Below are positions 14,959 to 31,617 of a DNA stretch of 64,000 nucleotides, piece by piece. Each line of letters starts with the position of its first letter. The first letter of the stretch is position 1. The stretch is taken from positions 1,984,001-2,048,000 of the forward strand of contig CP075493.1 of the NCBI GenBank assembly GCA_021613535.1. Reading direction: 5' to 3'. The notes under the pieces were generated by a model. That model saw only the letters and a list, made by a program, of their open reading frames with translations, did not search any database and had not been told where the DNA came from. Origin of the DNA: Adineta vaga (lineage: Eukaryota > Animalia > Rotifera). The translations under genes were made by a program, and so were the position numbers.

Positions 14959-17200
14959 CTAAGATGATAAGGTTGATGTTGAATCTTTTGCAATATATGT
15001 AAAAAGATTATGTGCTGTTGCAATAGCAATAATATTATTAGTTGGATGGTATGCACAATGAAGAATTTTTTTGGAAAATTCTAAACTATCAGGATTAATT
15101 TCATCCCGACGATTACGACGAGCTGACTGAAGCACCTTTTTAGATTTTAATAATTGTCGTGGACGAATAGCTTGTTCACGTGATGATTCAAATATTGCAT
15201 CTTTTTTTGATAAACGTGAAGTGACTTTAAATAAATTATGATAAGAACCGGTAAGTAAATGACTGAAATAAAATCGTAAAAAAGAAAAGGCTTTTTCACA
15301 AAAGTATGAAAATGAAACTTACTCATCATTTGGTGACCAACAACATTCAAATTTATCGAAAATACAATCATTTTCATATAAAACACATAATTTCGTACGA
15401 AGATATTCATGAATGGGATAGGTTTCAACTGGTTTATTATCCATTTGTAAATCCCATACTTTCAAATTGAGAAAATCTCGTGTTAGCATATATCTGCCTG
15501 AATGACTAAATTTAATATCACTAATCGACGAAATAATTTCCGAAAAGAAACTACGAGTTGTTGGATCTTCAGGTTCTTCGAAAACTGAATTCAACAAAAC
15601 AAAACAAAAAATAAAGAATGTAATTGGAAAGAAATCATCATACCTTTACAATGTCGATCACAAAGTGCTGATTGTCGCATATCGCAAAGACGTATAATGC
15701 CGCGAGAACTACTGTAGACAAAAAGATTGCATTCACGTGGATGAAATTCGGCACCGGTAATCACTTCAGTCAGATCTTCCATATTGGGTGGTTTTATATC
15801 CACAATATCTTAAGAAAAGAAAATATTCAATCCAATTATTAATATAGAATCTCACTAACAAGTAACTCGATATCTATGTTCATAGAATTGCTCATTAAGA
15901 TAGAATTATTCATCGATATATCTCGTGCATACATTCTTAGTTTTTCTCATTCTGTTTTTATGAGTTTTATTTGACTATTTTTAATTCAAAATTGAAGAAT
16001 AACAGTACAAATTTTCTCTCGAATGTAAAACGAGTTCTAATTATCTTTTTATTAGTCTTCAGGTGATTTCCGAGAGAGAGAGAGAGAGAGAGAGAGGAAA
16101 AGAAAACTTTTCAAAGAAAATCTATTTGATGTTAAAATATTCAGTAAAGCGTAGTTTACTTGATAAAATACAACTTTCTGCATGATTACTCAAATGTAAA
16201 GAAAGAACATCTCTTTGATTTCTAACAATTCAAGTGTTTTGAAAAGAAATATATATAAAAATAAAAGTTCAACTTACTAAAACTTTGATCTGTTACTTCT
16301 GTATGCCATAAATTAATTCGTAAATCGTCGGCAGATAAGAATGTTTCTTGGTCACTATTTAAAGATATTGAATTGATATGATATGTATGTGCATTACCAA
16401 AGACACGTTTAGGTGTTGCTTCAACCATTAATTCCATCGGTCTAGAATGGCGAAAAAAAACAAAAACAAAGATATTTGATTTGATGTCTCGTTTTGTGAA
16501 AGAATCATACCTAATCACTGGTATACGTAAATTCGTTAGTGTATCAGCTGAACGAATAATTCCATTATCATCACGTAAATTATATCCTTCAGCACGTTTT
16601 GTCTTTTCAGAAATTTTCCATAATTTCACAGTTTTGTCTAAAAGATTAGTTTTAAAAAGAGAAAATAATTATCAAATTAAATTCTTACCATTGGTTGAAA
16701 GAAGAAAATGTGCAGCATTTTTTCGTTTAAGCCAACGTATCTGATTGATTTTTTCTTCAATTTCCAAACTTTTTAAATAATCAAATTCGGGTTCATGTGA
16801 ATGAAATGTTATATAAACATTATATTCATTACGACGTTCTGATGTTTTAGTCTGAGAAAAATAAACAACAACAACAAACGACTTATTCTATTGTTTAAAT
16901 TATCTAATTTACTTGTTGTTCACGTTGAAATACAACAATTCTTCCGCCTTTATCACCTACAGCAAGGAATTCACCGTCTTCATTGAATTCAATGGTTGAT
17001 ATTAAATCAGCTGAAAACAAACAAATTTCCGAATAAATTCTCTTTCAAATTTCATCATTCTTACCTTCTTGTACTTCATCGTCAACTGGTCCTTTAACTT
17101 GTGATGGATACCATTCGAGTAGATCGCCATCACTGCTACTACCTAGGAACAAAATAGATTGAGAAAAATTCCTTTGTAAAATATTTCATATACTCTGCAT
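14959..17200 (-). CDS. PPP2R2: Protein phosphatase 2A regulatory subunit B55 (WD40)
   Basis: Spliced N-terminus [37 protein letters not shown]...[10 protein letters not shown]. Also [56 protein letters not shown] and [11 protein letters not shown]. Stop at 14959-14961. Confidence 0.96.
16071..16097. repeat. (GA)n microsatellite inside a B55 intron
   Basis: Run of about 13 GA units visible. Confidence 0.9.
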
Positions 17201-17707
17201 ATCAACATCGGGTGGATAATCCAGCTTGATAATATCAATGAATAAGAATTAAAAGAGAAGAAAATATCGATTAATTTCGTAGAAAATAAGATTTAAATAA
17301 GTTTCGTGATATTAATCAATATAATCATTGGAATGTTTCGATCGAAAATAAAGATAACGTTATGACATCGAATATAGTCCAAACGAAGAAGAAATAGACG
17401 ATAAAACAGTAAGAAAAAAGAAAAAAAAATAAACAAAATCTTTTCCTTGTTCTTAAGTTTAATCTCATTCGATTGGTAAATAGAATGGACCAATCAAGAA
17501 ATGATTACGTTAGCATTTTAATGCAATCATGCAATACATTTTTGTCTTTCGTCGAGGTTTGATGTTTATTTCAATGATCATTATCAACAGTAATGCCTAT
17601 TAGATTTCATTTTGTGCATATTTATTTTCAAGAGAATTTATTTGATTATTCATATTTGTTTCTTTTTCAGACGCTTTAAAAAGTTTCGCGCCGATTTATC
17701 TATCGAA

Positions 17708-18131
17708 ATGCGTTACGCAGCGGCTTACGTTCTTGCAACACTTGCTGGTAATACCAGTCCTGATGTAGCAACCATCTCAAAAATTCTCGGAAGTGTCGGT
17801 GTTGATTGTGACAATGCTAAAGCACAAAAAGTTATCGATGCATGTAAAGGAAAGAATATCGATGAAATAATTGAAGAAGGTACCAAGAAATTATCCAGTT
17901 TACCAACTGCTGGCGCCGCTCCAGCAGCAAGCGAAGCTGCAGCTCCAGTAGCTGATGCAGCCAAAGGTGCTGCTAAAGCAGAACCAAAGAAGGAAGAAAA
18001 GAAGAAAGAAGAATCCGATGAAGAAGGAGATGATATGGTCTGTATTACGAAAAACAAAAGATTGAAAGTTTGGTTTGAAAAACGAAGGAAATGTTTTCTT
18101 TTTCTTTTAGGGATTTGGTTTATTCGATTAA
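17708..18131 (+). CDS. RPLP2: 60S acidic ribosomal protein P2
   Basis: MRYAAAYVLATLAGN..., Ala-rich hinge, and EEKKKEESDEEGDDM|GFGLFD* after intron 18038-18110. AATAAA at ~18225. Confidence 0.97.
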
Positions 18132-19308
18132 ATCTATCGTCCAACAAGCAAATTACACATCACCATCAATCGTACTTGTTACGATGGATTTTTATGTGTG
18201 CATGTGTGTTTTGTATTGTTATATAATAAAATAAGAAATTAATCAACTATTAACATCAATGAACATAAATTCTTGTAAATTAAAACAAAAAGCCTATCTC
18301 AATAGATGATACTATTGCAAGTAAAGATAAATTATATACGTAATTTTTAATTTATCATGAACGTAAATCAATTCTATACTATTTTAACAGCTTTGCTTCT
18401 TTTTTGTCTCTTCAAACACAATGACACGAACGTATTGAATTATTTTTAATTCTCTAAGAAAAACAAAGACGTTTCTCTCCTATATTTATTATCTAGAGCT
18501 AATAATACATGATACTCATAATAATAGAACGAAGTAATCATACAGAAATCATTTATATATTCACATTGCTTCAAAACTTTAGTAGAACTTCATAAATGAA
18601 CAATTGCACAACCCCGTGTTTTTCCCTCAGTGAAATATCTTGCGATTCAAAAATCTTTACTCTAATAACTTCTATTACGATCATCTTTAGTTTGATAAAT
18701 CTATTCTATTGAGATTTTGCTATTATTTCAGCTAACTTATACTACAGAAAAACATTTCCTCGGCTATGTCAACAAGTATTCGTCCTATCCTCATACGAGT
18801 AATTAAAGTCCTGACATAAGTATTCTTGTCAATATAAATGATCCATGTTTCCTTAGTATTATCTTTAAATATAACAATTTAATTGTCTACAAATGAAAAT
18901 AATGTTCACACATCGAGGATATTCCATCGAAATTTACTAAGTTATATTTGTCGTATTTCACACGGCACATCAAGTAATGATTATCCTATTACCCAACATT
19001 ACTGTAAGCAGATGTCGATGGCGTTTCTAACGACTAAATATCACATATAATTATTATCATCAGAGTTAAAGAATTTTCCAAAAAACGTTGTTTTTCATTA
19101 TTCCTTGGATAGACATACTTTTAAGTAATGTTTAATATTAGATTAATGCCGTTCTTCAAGGTTAGAAAAGTAATTCGATCTAGAATAGTAGATATTCATA
19201 TAGAATTTTCTCGTCTGATAATCTTCGAATAATATTCTTTTGAAAAAGAGAAGTTTTATTTCTTTGGACAATATAAAAATCAAACCTATAATTCAAAACA
19301 AACGAAAA

Positions 19309-19548
19309 TTAAAGTGTCTCAGTAGTATTTGTCATGGATCGAGGACGTTTTTTTATGTAACGAAAATATTTTACCGAAATATTAATTGACGATATAACAA
19401 AGATCCAACAAATGACAATTAATAAGAAAGGTGCGGAGCCAATTAACATTCCGAAAAACCATTGATGAGTTTTCGTTTGATTGATATCAATTTGATTAGT
19501 TGTATTTGATGTCGATGAGAACCGAGGTGAAACCAATCCTATTGCCAT
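19309..19548 (-). CDS. Putative small single-pass membrane protein (~79 aa)
   Basis: MAIGLVSPRF... with N-glycosylation sequons (NTT, NQT), one hydrophobic segment (WFFGMLIGSAPFLLIVICWIFVI) and a basic stop-transfer (KKRPR). No homology recognised. Confidence 0.4.
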   Translation of the reverse strand: MAIGLVSPRFSSTSNTTNQIDINQTKTHQWFFGMLIGSAPFLLIVICWIFVISSINISVKYFRYIKKRPRSMTNTTETL

Positions 19549-21193
19549 GATATATAAGACACGTTTGTCAAAGCGTAAGAACTCTGTTTGTTGTCTCTTC
19601 AGTAAAGGAGAGAAAACGTCAATCATTGGTAATTGGTTGGCTTACTCACTTCATAGAAACAAACATATGTAGTTATACAGAATGAGAAAAACGATGGGAA
19701 GAAGTCCTCGACTTTTTTCTTTCTTTCCACATCGTTTTTTAATAGGTTAAACGATTCATTTTTAGCGAACACATGAATGAATCAATAATTAATCACAAAT
19801 CAATGTAAATATATCAACTATTTGCTTCTTAAAGTAGTAAACTTTTTTAACTTAAACATGTTTGGTTTTAAAATTTGTCTTTTGAAAATGAAAAACCCAT
19901 ATTTGATGTTGCGTCATAACATTCCTGTTCATTTCCGTTCGTCATGAAATTTCATAATAACAAAGAATAGCCTTTTGCCATGACGTCAGCTGTGGACGTG
20001 TCATAACAGAGAAATGACGATCAACGTACACATATTTAAATATTCGCCAAGCAAATGAGTCATAAGATTGTGGTAAGAAATATTCATCAATTGATGGTAT
20101 GATAATATTCCAATCATCATGGTGTTCACGATATAGCAGAACAAAAGAAAAGAAAGAAGAAGAACAAAAAGAAAAAAAGAAAAACAAAGTACGTATGCGT
20201 TCGAAGTCTGTTAATGGTAGTATGTGCAGCGTTGTTTTTATTTTATGACGAAAAAGTAAATCAGACTTTCTATCATCAAAGAAATTTGAATGAATCCAAA
20301 TTGTTTCACATCAACGAATACAACTCCTGTACAAGTAAATCAAAATAAGAACATATCACTTGCTTTTCTTTAGAAATATCAAAATAACTCGATAAGTAAA
20401 GTTTAGAGTACGAGAAAAAAAGTAACAATAAGATGATGATGATGATGATGATGTCTATTCATTCATTCATTGTTATCGATTACTTTCATTTATAAATGTG
20501 ATTATTGATGTAAGAATAAGAGAGCAAATAGTTGAGAAAATGTTCTGCCGTTTGTACTCGATTCTTATTAAAGTCATTTTTATAGTGTTTCTTTTCTCCA
20601 TACGTGAAAGCGTCAAAGATTACAGAATAACCTTGTATCTTAACATTTACAAAATAAATATCTCTATTTATTTTTTAGTCACGTCGAACATCATTAAAAT
20701 ATCCACTGGATATTCGTATGACCAAACCAAGTATTACTAAACGAATGAAAAATTGTTTATTTTGTGGTTTAAAACAACAACGATCATCATCTCCACCATA
20801 TAAATCGACAGAAATTCCAAGATCAACAACAACAACAACAAATTCGAAAGGTTTGAAATTGTTTTTCTTGCATAAATTTCATGACTATTAGCGACATCTA
20901 TTAAACTATTTTTATTTTCATTTGAAAAAAACAATTTTCATCTGAATTTCAAAAGTCAAAACAAAAACTTTCAATTTTCATTGGAAAAATTTTCTCATTG
21001 AAATATTTTACTTCTTCTTCCTCCATTTCGTCGTCATTGTTATGTACGATTGTTTATTTTTGTTATTCTATTTTCTTTTCTTTCCATCCGAAAAGATTCT
21101 TTTTTACTTACATATAAATATCGACACTCGTTAACTGTCTTGTGTATATCTGTAAATAAATAACTAGAATTCTTCTTTCGACTAGTAATATCT

Positions 21194-23515
<2,322 letters not shown>

Positions 23516-24492
23516 TTTAAATCGAAAAAGAACGCGAACTTTTCTTACGATTAGTTTAGGGCTCTGTTTGTTGATATCTTCTTCTTATTTGTATTTTGTA
23601 TACACAATTATTGTGTTTACCTGTGTTAGTATCCTATTTGCCCTCAAGTCTTGTGTATTTTTGATACATCTCTGTTCCTTTTCATACAAATCTGTATGTG
23701 ATTTACATGTTTGTTCTGTTTATCTTTATCATTTTTGCGTTTTTTTATATCGGCATAGTCTCGTTGTCATTTTCTTTTATATATATATATATATTCTATA
23801 TGCTTCAATTTGTGAAGTTGAAAAGATAATACATAAATATTCTTCTTCAATGTGAAATTGGACACCATTATATCTTTGTTTGCGTATATTTGCAAGTATA
23901 ATGATGAGATTTTTGTGATATGAAAGAAGAAAATTCTATACAAATAATTCGTCATTACAATTGACGTTACAATGAGCAAAATTTTCTTTATCAATGGTAA
24001 ACGAAAGGGCAAAGTTTACTGGTATTTTTAATTAGAATTTTTTGATGAAAAATAACCCTTATCTAATATTCTCCGAACAAAACCACCGAAAACAGATATT
24101 TGCATACAAAAATATACACGTATCTAATTGATTTTCTTTCACGTTATTTTATGCTTTTTTAACTCACACGCGTCATTCTGATCTGTCATTGAATTGTATC
24201 ATGACACCCTGATATCATCCTCATTAACTGAGAACACAAGACATGACTTTATTTCCTTCTATTCTCACATGCAAAAATAAAAATGCACCGGAAGTTCACT
24301 GTAAAACAATAATGCTAGTCTTTCTCTTTGGAATTCCCAATAACACATTTATCATAATAAATATAAGATCGATCCTTTATTTAGTATTATTGAATTCAAA
24401 TCTATAAGAAAAATTCCAGTTCAATTCCTTTATCCTTCATTGAATATGCATATGACATGCGATCACTCGGTCCAATATATTCTATGCATGTT

Positions 24493-24822
24493 TTATTCAT
24501 AACCCATCATTGTTGGCAATGCAATCTATTCAAAATAAATTTCAAGTAAAAAATAATTCATTTTGTATGATTTAAAAATTTAGTTACCACATATTCGGGA
24601 ATGCCTAAACGTTTACACCAATTGATTAGTGCAGATGAATCAAGTAGACTATCCATATATTGAGTTAGATATTCATTCGGATCTACATTAGGAATCATAG
24701 TTCGTGAATAATTCGGTGTTATGACTATTTGGTGGATCATAAACAATGATAATTGTACCTGGTTGAGTTTGATTTTCATAATGTTGTGAATAATAATCTT
24801 CATAATATGCTGTCTGTGCCAT
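24493..24822 (-). CDS. Putative 77-aa orphan microprotein (3 exons)
   Basis: Exons 24822-24759, 24724-24588 and 24525-24493 splice in frame to MAQTAYYEDYYSQHYENQTQPVITPNYSRTMIPNVDPNEYLTQYMDSLLDSSALINWCKRLGIPEYVIALPTMMGYE*. The first intron is only 34 nt, so this model is tentative. Confidence 0.5.
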
Positions 24823-25275
24823 TGATGATCCTTCGAATTGTCAGTACAATGTCTCTGTGTGGGAAAAATTGAAATGTATTTATTTTGACAACGTAACGAA
24901 CAAATAATGATACAGGTGAAATAATGTTAGAGCAAAATGCAGAACGTGATATGAATCAATGCAAAAACAGTCGAACTTAATTGATTGATACTCGACTGAT
25001 GAAGAATACAATCATCTTCATTTTTGTTCAACAAAACAAACGAACGAATGCGTATATGTTATGTCCTTTTTTATTTCTTTGCAGACTCTCCGTCTTTAGT
25101 TTAGTCTGTATGAATAACATATTGATATGAGAACAAGACAGAAAACATTGTTGAGCGGTGAATAACAGACAAGCAAAAAAAAGAAAACGAAAAACAAGGA
25201 TATTCATGAACAGAGCGACTAAATCTCTTTATTTACTCGCATAATCATATTGAAATTTCGAAAAGAAAAAGGAAA

Positions 25276-28200
25276 TCACTCGTCATCTGAATTCTGCTGT
25301 TCTTCATCATCTTCTTCGTTATTGGTTTCATCGACATTACGTAAAACGATTTCACCTTCATAATTATAGAAATGATATTCCGATGTAGCCATATCAATAG
25401 CCCAACGAAATTTATCACGTTGAGTTTTCGAATAGATTTTTTCAATAGGTACTTCCCATTTTTTACACCTAAAAATAACATTGAATCATAAATGAACACG
25501 TTCTTTTTTTTCTGTAAAATAAAATTGTTCTTTACCATGCAATACTAATTCGAGGATCGAGATAATTTAATTTGGATGTTCCAAGTGCAATATCTTTATT
25601 TTCTTCACGATCAAGTGCTTGAACTTCAAGTTTTTTCAAAGCTTCTTCAGAACGTTGAACTTTCTTTTCGGCTTGTTCCATCTTTTTCTGTGAAGTTTGA
25701 CTTTTCGTATTTTTATATTCTGTTTTCGCTTTCTTATATTCTGAATTTTGTTCATCAATTTCTGCTTTCTTTGCATCAATCTTTACAAAAAAAAACAAAA
25801 TCGAATGTCTATCTACATTCTCAAATTTCAATTTGTCTTACTTTAGCTTTTAGTGTTTCCATACTTTTTTCAAATGTCTTTGGAACAGAACGTTGATGGT
25901 TACAAAGTAATGCTACTTGACGATTAGCACGATTATAAGCAAGAATTTTTTCCGGTACAGATGCCTTGGGCTCTGTAAGGGAATCCAGTTCATCTTGTAA
26001 TGTCTTTGAAGCGTTATACGTTCGAAAGACTTTAGCCGTAAGACCATCCATTAATTCACTTAAATATTGATTAAGACTTGATGTCTATTTTAACAAAGAA
26101 AGTTTTTTTTAAAAGAAAAAGAAAAAAATTTTCGTCTTACTTGAAGACGATCAAACAAATCATCATTATTGTCTTTATTTTCCATGAATAATTTCAAATT
26201 TTTATATACACGTGATTCAACACAGACTTTATTGGTGTATCTAAGTAATAGAATGAAATGTAAAACACTTGAGTGAATAAATAATAATGTATATTATTTA
26301 CCGGATACTATCTTTACCGAGAAAATCAAATTCCACAACATTCTCTCCAATTCCATCGATTTTATCGAATAATTTGATATGTTCAATTCGTAATGAACAA
26401 CAGCCAACTGTATCGGCTTCGTCTTCATCTTTTTCATTACCAACTCGAAGTGCAAGCTAAATAAATACAAAGAAGTTAATTTAATTCTTTGATTATTTGT
26501 TTTTCTGAATTACTTTATCGATAAAATAAAGTGCAACTGCACGTTGACGTATTCGCATTTCTTTACTTTTCCAATCAACTTGATAATTTTCACGTATTTT
26601 ATCAATAATTCGATGAAGTTTGCGAGCTTTTTCATATTTTTGCCAATCACGTTCACCCTAGAAAATTCCATTATGAAAAAAAAAGAAAGTATATCATTGA
26701 AATCAAACATACCTTAACACGTGATGATGCATTTAACATAATATATTTGTTATTTCCTCGAATATTTTCTGTCCACATAACTAACCATGAAACTTTATTA
26801 TCATGTCGAACTTCTTTCCAATGATGTCCTTCTGGTGGTTTTGGTATATGTGCTTCTCGGCCAATATTAATAATAATATCTTCTGGTCGGATACGTTTTT
26901 TGACACAACCCATTTTCGGATGTTCTCCACGACCACGAAAGAGACCAGGCGGTTCAATTTTATAATTGCCAACTGGTTGTCGATGTTTATCCCACATACA
27001 ATAACCATATTCTTTTCGTATTTTTTCATTTTCATCTCTCAATTTTTTCTTTTCTTCTTTACTCATTGCTTTCCGTTGTTCCGTTTGTTCTTTGAAATAA
27101 GTTGCAACCTGAGTAAAATCACATTTGCGTACATCTTTGATCAATTCACGTTCAGCTTGAGTCATCGATTTACGCCAATCAGTCATAAAATTTGTATTAA
27201 AAACTTCTTTCGATGTATAATCATGATCCAACATACGTGCATAGAAAGTCATGATTTCTTCGGCGGGATCTTTTAATTTCACTTCCGTACCTATAAGAAG
27301 AAGAAGAAGAAAAGAAGATGATTGGTTTTATGAAACAAATGTCCTTCGAATGAACGAACCATTATAGAAAAACTTGACATTGTGCGGTAAAGATTCATAT
27401 GGAGGTGGAAATAATGGACCTCTATGTTCGAGAGTTGTCCATTTACGTCCATCAGTATATTTTTCTTCTTCCCACCATCGCCATATATCTTCTTCTTCTT
27501 CTTTCTTTTTCCGTTTTCCACTTGGTTCTTTGGTTGGTGAAGATGTCGGAGTCACTTTTTCTTTTTTTATATTTGTTGTTGAGGCTGATTTGGAAAGTTT
27601 CTTGTTTAAAGTTGATGGTTTAATATCTGACTTTTTCTCTTTTTTCACAACGACTGGTGTGGTAGAATTGGATTTTCTTTGAGCATCTGCGTGATTTTTC
27701 GCTTTCTTAGCCTAGAATAATCAAGAAACAATGAAAGAATACTCTTCCAAGAAAGAAAAACTTACTAATGGAAGATCATCATCATCTTCTTCAGTATTTG
27801 TATTCTTTCGTTTTGGTGGCGATGGTTCTTTTTTAATAGTAATTAGCATTGTATCTGATTTCGGTTCTTTTTTTATCACTAGTGTTGTTACTTCCTTTTT
27901 AACCAGTGAAGTTCGCTGAGAATCTGTTGATTCAGTTTTAACTGTTGATATTTTCACCGAATTCGTAACTGGAATCGAATCTTTCTTTGTATTCAAAGAC
28001 GATAAAGAATGTTTACCATTCATTACTGCTGCTGCTTTTTTCGCCTATCAAATAATATCGAAACTACGTCATTGTGTAAAAGTCTTCTAACTTACCAATG
28101 GTTTATCATCATCATCCGATTCTTCACTGCTAGGTAAAACACGACTTTTTCGTTTCGATGGTGAATCATGATTGGAATCTTTTTTCTGAACATGCGTAGA

Positions 28201-28353
28201 TTTGGAATCATGACCATTGGATGTTCGTGGTAAATTATTGTTATTATGGAATTCTTTTTTCATCGATGTTGGAGATGTATTTGGTTGATTTTTCGTACCG
28301 TTATTATTTGTAGCAAGAATAACAGGTGAAAGTTTTGGACTTGCTATACTCAT
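25276..28353 (-). CDS. TOP1: DNA topoisomerase I (type IB)
   Basis: Charged N-terminus, [69 protein letters not shown] and catalytic [10 protein letters not shown]. Stop at 25276-25278. Confidence 0.98.
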
Positions 28354-30037
28354 CTTCGAGAATGTTTAAAGAAGAAGAGAAGAAATGCGAAACAAAAAAA
28401 AGAAGTCTAGACGATTGTGATTATAATAAACGAAATTTTTGTGCACAATGAACGAACGAACGTATTGTGTATATGTGTGTATGTGCGTAGGACTTTGTTT
28501 TTGAAAGAAGACGACGAAACAGAAAGAGACAGACAACTCATTGGATATCGGATGAATCATCTTATACAGGTAAGTTTTGGTGGTATAAAAAACAGAAGAT
28601 TTCATTCATTCAAATTGAATTGACCTAAAAAGTATTTTATTTAGATTATAAGAATAGTTTTATGTAAAAAATCTAATCTTTTAATCATTTGAATAGATGT
28701 CGCTAAGACATAGATAGTTGAACGATGAAATTTTCAATAGAATAATATCAAAATATATATCTATCCGATTTTCTTTTCAATGAAAGTATATTATTTTGCA
28801 CAACGAAATCTGTCTGCATTTCTTTCTTTCTTTTTTCTCTCTGTCTCTCTCTCTCTCGTTAATTATAGATCTCTATTTTTCTTTTTCTCTAATTCTACGT
28901 TGTACTTTGAAATCATCAAGTATAAATATCGACGGAATACGCAGACAATTAGAAAGTTCCTCTTTCTATCTCAACAATATTAATATAGTTACTGTGTGAT
29001 TCCAGAAGGACCATCTGACGTCTTTTACACTTTATCCATTTTCGAGGTATATATTAGATACAATTGTTGTGAGGAAGAAAAGATTTTCTCTTGATAACAC
29101 AATCATCGACTATCATGCAAGTGTAAAAGTAGGAAAATTTTGTTCGAAGAAAAAGATTTTCTCACTCTATACGTAGATAAAATCTACTGTGTAGAATGTT
29201 TGTCATAGCAAAAAACGAGAAAGTAAGTCTTATTTTCTTTTCCGAAAAAAACATATATATATATATACGCATGATCATCGTCATTATTTTAATTATATTA
29301 TTTTCACTTTTCTTACATGTCAATCAAGAGCAGATCTTCTTTTTTTTTTTCCTACATTCTATCCATACATTATGTAATGGAAATCGTCTGTTATGATACC
29401 GAACATATAGTGACGAGAATCTTTTAACTATACGAAGAAGTAATAAGCTATTCAATATGTAAGTTCTTATCTATGTTTTTTCTTTCTATTCTTTATGTCT
29501 TTGAAGGATGATAGACAGGTTGTATCTATGTCACGAAAAGTAGATAATAGAATGAACATAAAGTTGAAGATTCGATTAGAAATCAATGTTATTCAAATAA
29601 AATTTCCGAGAATGTCTAGAGTTTTATTTCTTCTCCTCCGTAGTTTTTCTTCTCTATCTATTTTCCTCAGGTCTATCATTATGATATTTAATTCTTCGCT
29701 AGTCGTCGTTAATCTCACTCTGTCATCAGGTTCGTCGTATTAGAGTAATAAAGAATTAAAGAGCGAGAGAAAAAAAGGAGAGAGTAATTATAATGTTTTC
29801 TTGTTCACAGATAAAAAAAAGTCCATCGTACTTTTTTTTTCTTATTTAAATCATAAGAATATGTCAGATATCGTGCGTATTAAACTTCTTAGACTAACCA
29901 TTATTTTAATTATTATTTTTTTTTATCCTGACAAAATCTGACTTGAAACATTATTTTCCTAATATAATGATTTTTGTTTTCTAACATAAATTTAATATGT
30001 TTTAGATGATGTAAAAGAAAGAATAAGATATCGAATC

Positions 30038-31617
30038 ATGTTTATGTCATCGTTGAATATAACAATCGATGATTTAGTTATCGATCCTCAAGCTTTATAT
30101 GAATCTATTCGTAAATCATTTACACGCAATCCATTTGATCATTATGTTAATGGTATATGCGGATTAATTGTTTGTCTTCTTGGTGTCGTTAGTAATGCAC
30201 TTAGTTTTTCGGTTCTTATTCGTCGAACAATGCGTCTTTCGACTTATGTTTATTTAGCTGGTTTATGTTTCAGTGATTTTACGACATGTCTATTTCTTCT
30301 ACCTGGTTGTATTCTAAATTCTTATCCACTTCAAATACTTGATTATGAATTACCACGAACGTATGTCTATACTCGAATATTAATCATGTCAGGTGCAATT
30401 AGTACAACAGCTCGTGTTCTTAGTGTTTGGCTTTGTGCAGCATTTACGATAGATCGATGGATAAGTAAGATGTTTAAGCATTAAGATTGTATATAAAGAT
30501 TTCGTTTTTTAGTGATATGTCGTCCATTTGCTGGTCCAATTTACTGTACGATGAAAAATGCTCGATGTGTCACAAGTATTATTTATATCATAGGTATTTT
30601 CTATGCCGTTCCATTAATGCTCGAATATGTTCCACATGAAGAACAAACTTTATCTGAAATACTATCCATAAAAAACAATAAGAAAATTTATCGTTATTTA
30701 TTGAGTGATTTTGGTAAAAATTCCATTTTTCGATGGACTTATGTCATTATCAATGCTCTGGGTGTATATGTTATTCCATTAATGATTATTATTATACTCA
30801 ATCGAAAATTACTTATCTCAATTCAATTATTAGAACGACGTTCAGCAGAATACAAAGCACCATTACCTACTAAACAAGGTAATACAAAACATATCGATTG
30901 TAATGATGTATTTTCTTTTCATTAGGTGTGACTGTAATGTTATTAGCAACAACAATTCTCTTACTTGTATTTCGTTTACCATCTGCTATTATATCAGTTA
31001 TGTGGTTAACTAGTGCAAAGACATTTATTAATGAGAAACCTCCATTTCTTCTTCGAAAACTTCATTCAATTGCTAATTTATGTGCAACATTAAATGCTGC
31101 AACAACATTTATTATGTTTATTATCTATGGAACAAAATTTCGATCAGAATTTATGAATATGTATTGTTGTTGTTTGAAGAAAAGCAAATGTGAAAAAACG
31201 ACGAATAGAAATTCACAAGATCAAAATAATAAAATAATTCTTCCAAATGATAATGATATTAATGAACAAGATGTTAATAATCAAATAAATCCATTACCAG
31301 TCAATCGACCGTATCAAACGGGTCGTCAAGCAACAGCGAGACATAGTAGTACAGCAACAGTATCAACAACAACAACATCAATTGCATCCTTATCATCATT
31401 ACGACGTTTAAGAAATCAACGAAGAAATCCGCGTTATTCACTTGATCGTGAACATGAATTAATAACTCAACATCATTTAAATTTTAATAATACACATCTT
31501 CCACAACAATATGAACTTACAATACGTGAAGATGAATGTATTCATGCAACGAATGAAATTGAAACAGTATCAGTATCTTATAACAATTGGTTTAAAAAAT
31601 TAATCACATGTCAATAG
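30038..31617 (+). CDS. Rhodopsin-class peptide GPCR (FMRFamide/sex-peptide-receptor-like clade)
   Basis: TM1 GVVSN, STYVYLAGLCFSD, SVWLCAAFTIDRWI|VICRPF, TM5 YVIP, VTVMLL, and TM7 LNAATTFIMFIIYGTKFR. Introns ~30465-30512 and ~30879-30925. Confidence 0.88.

Noticed and set aside
17725-18147. Antisense ORFs over RPLP2 (and similar ones over TOP1, B55, SLK and the RING gene)
   Set aside because: These are shadow frames of well-supported genes on the opposite strand or in another frame.
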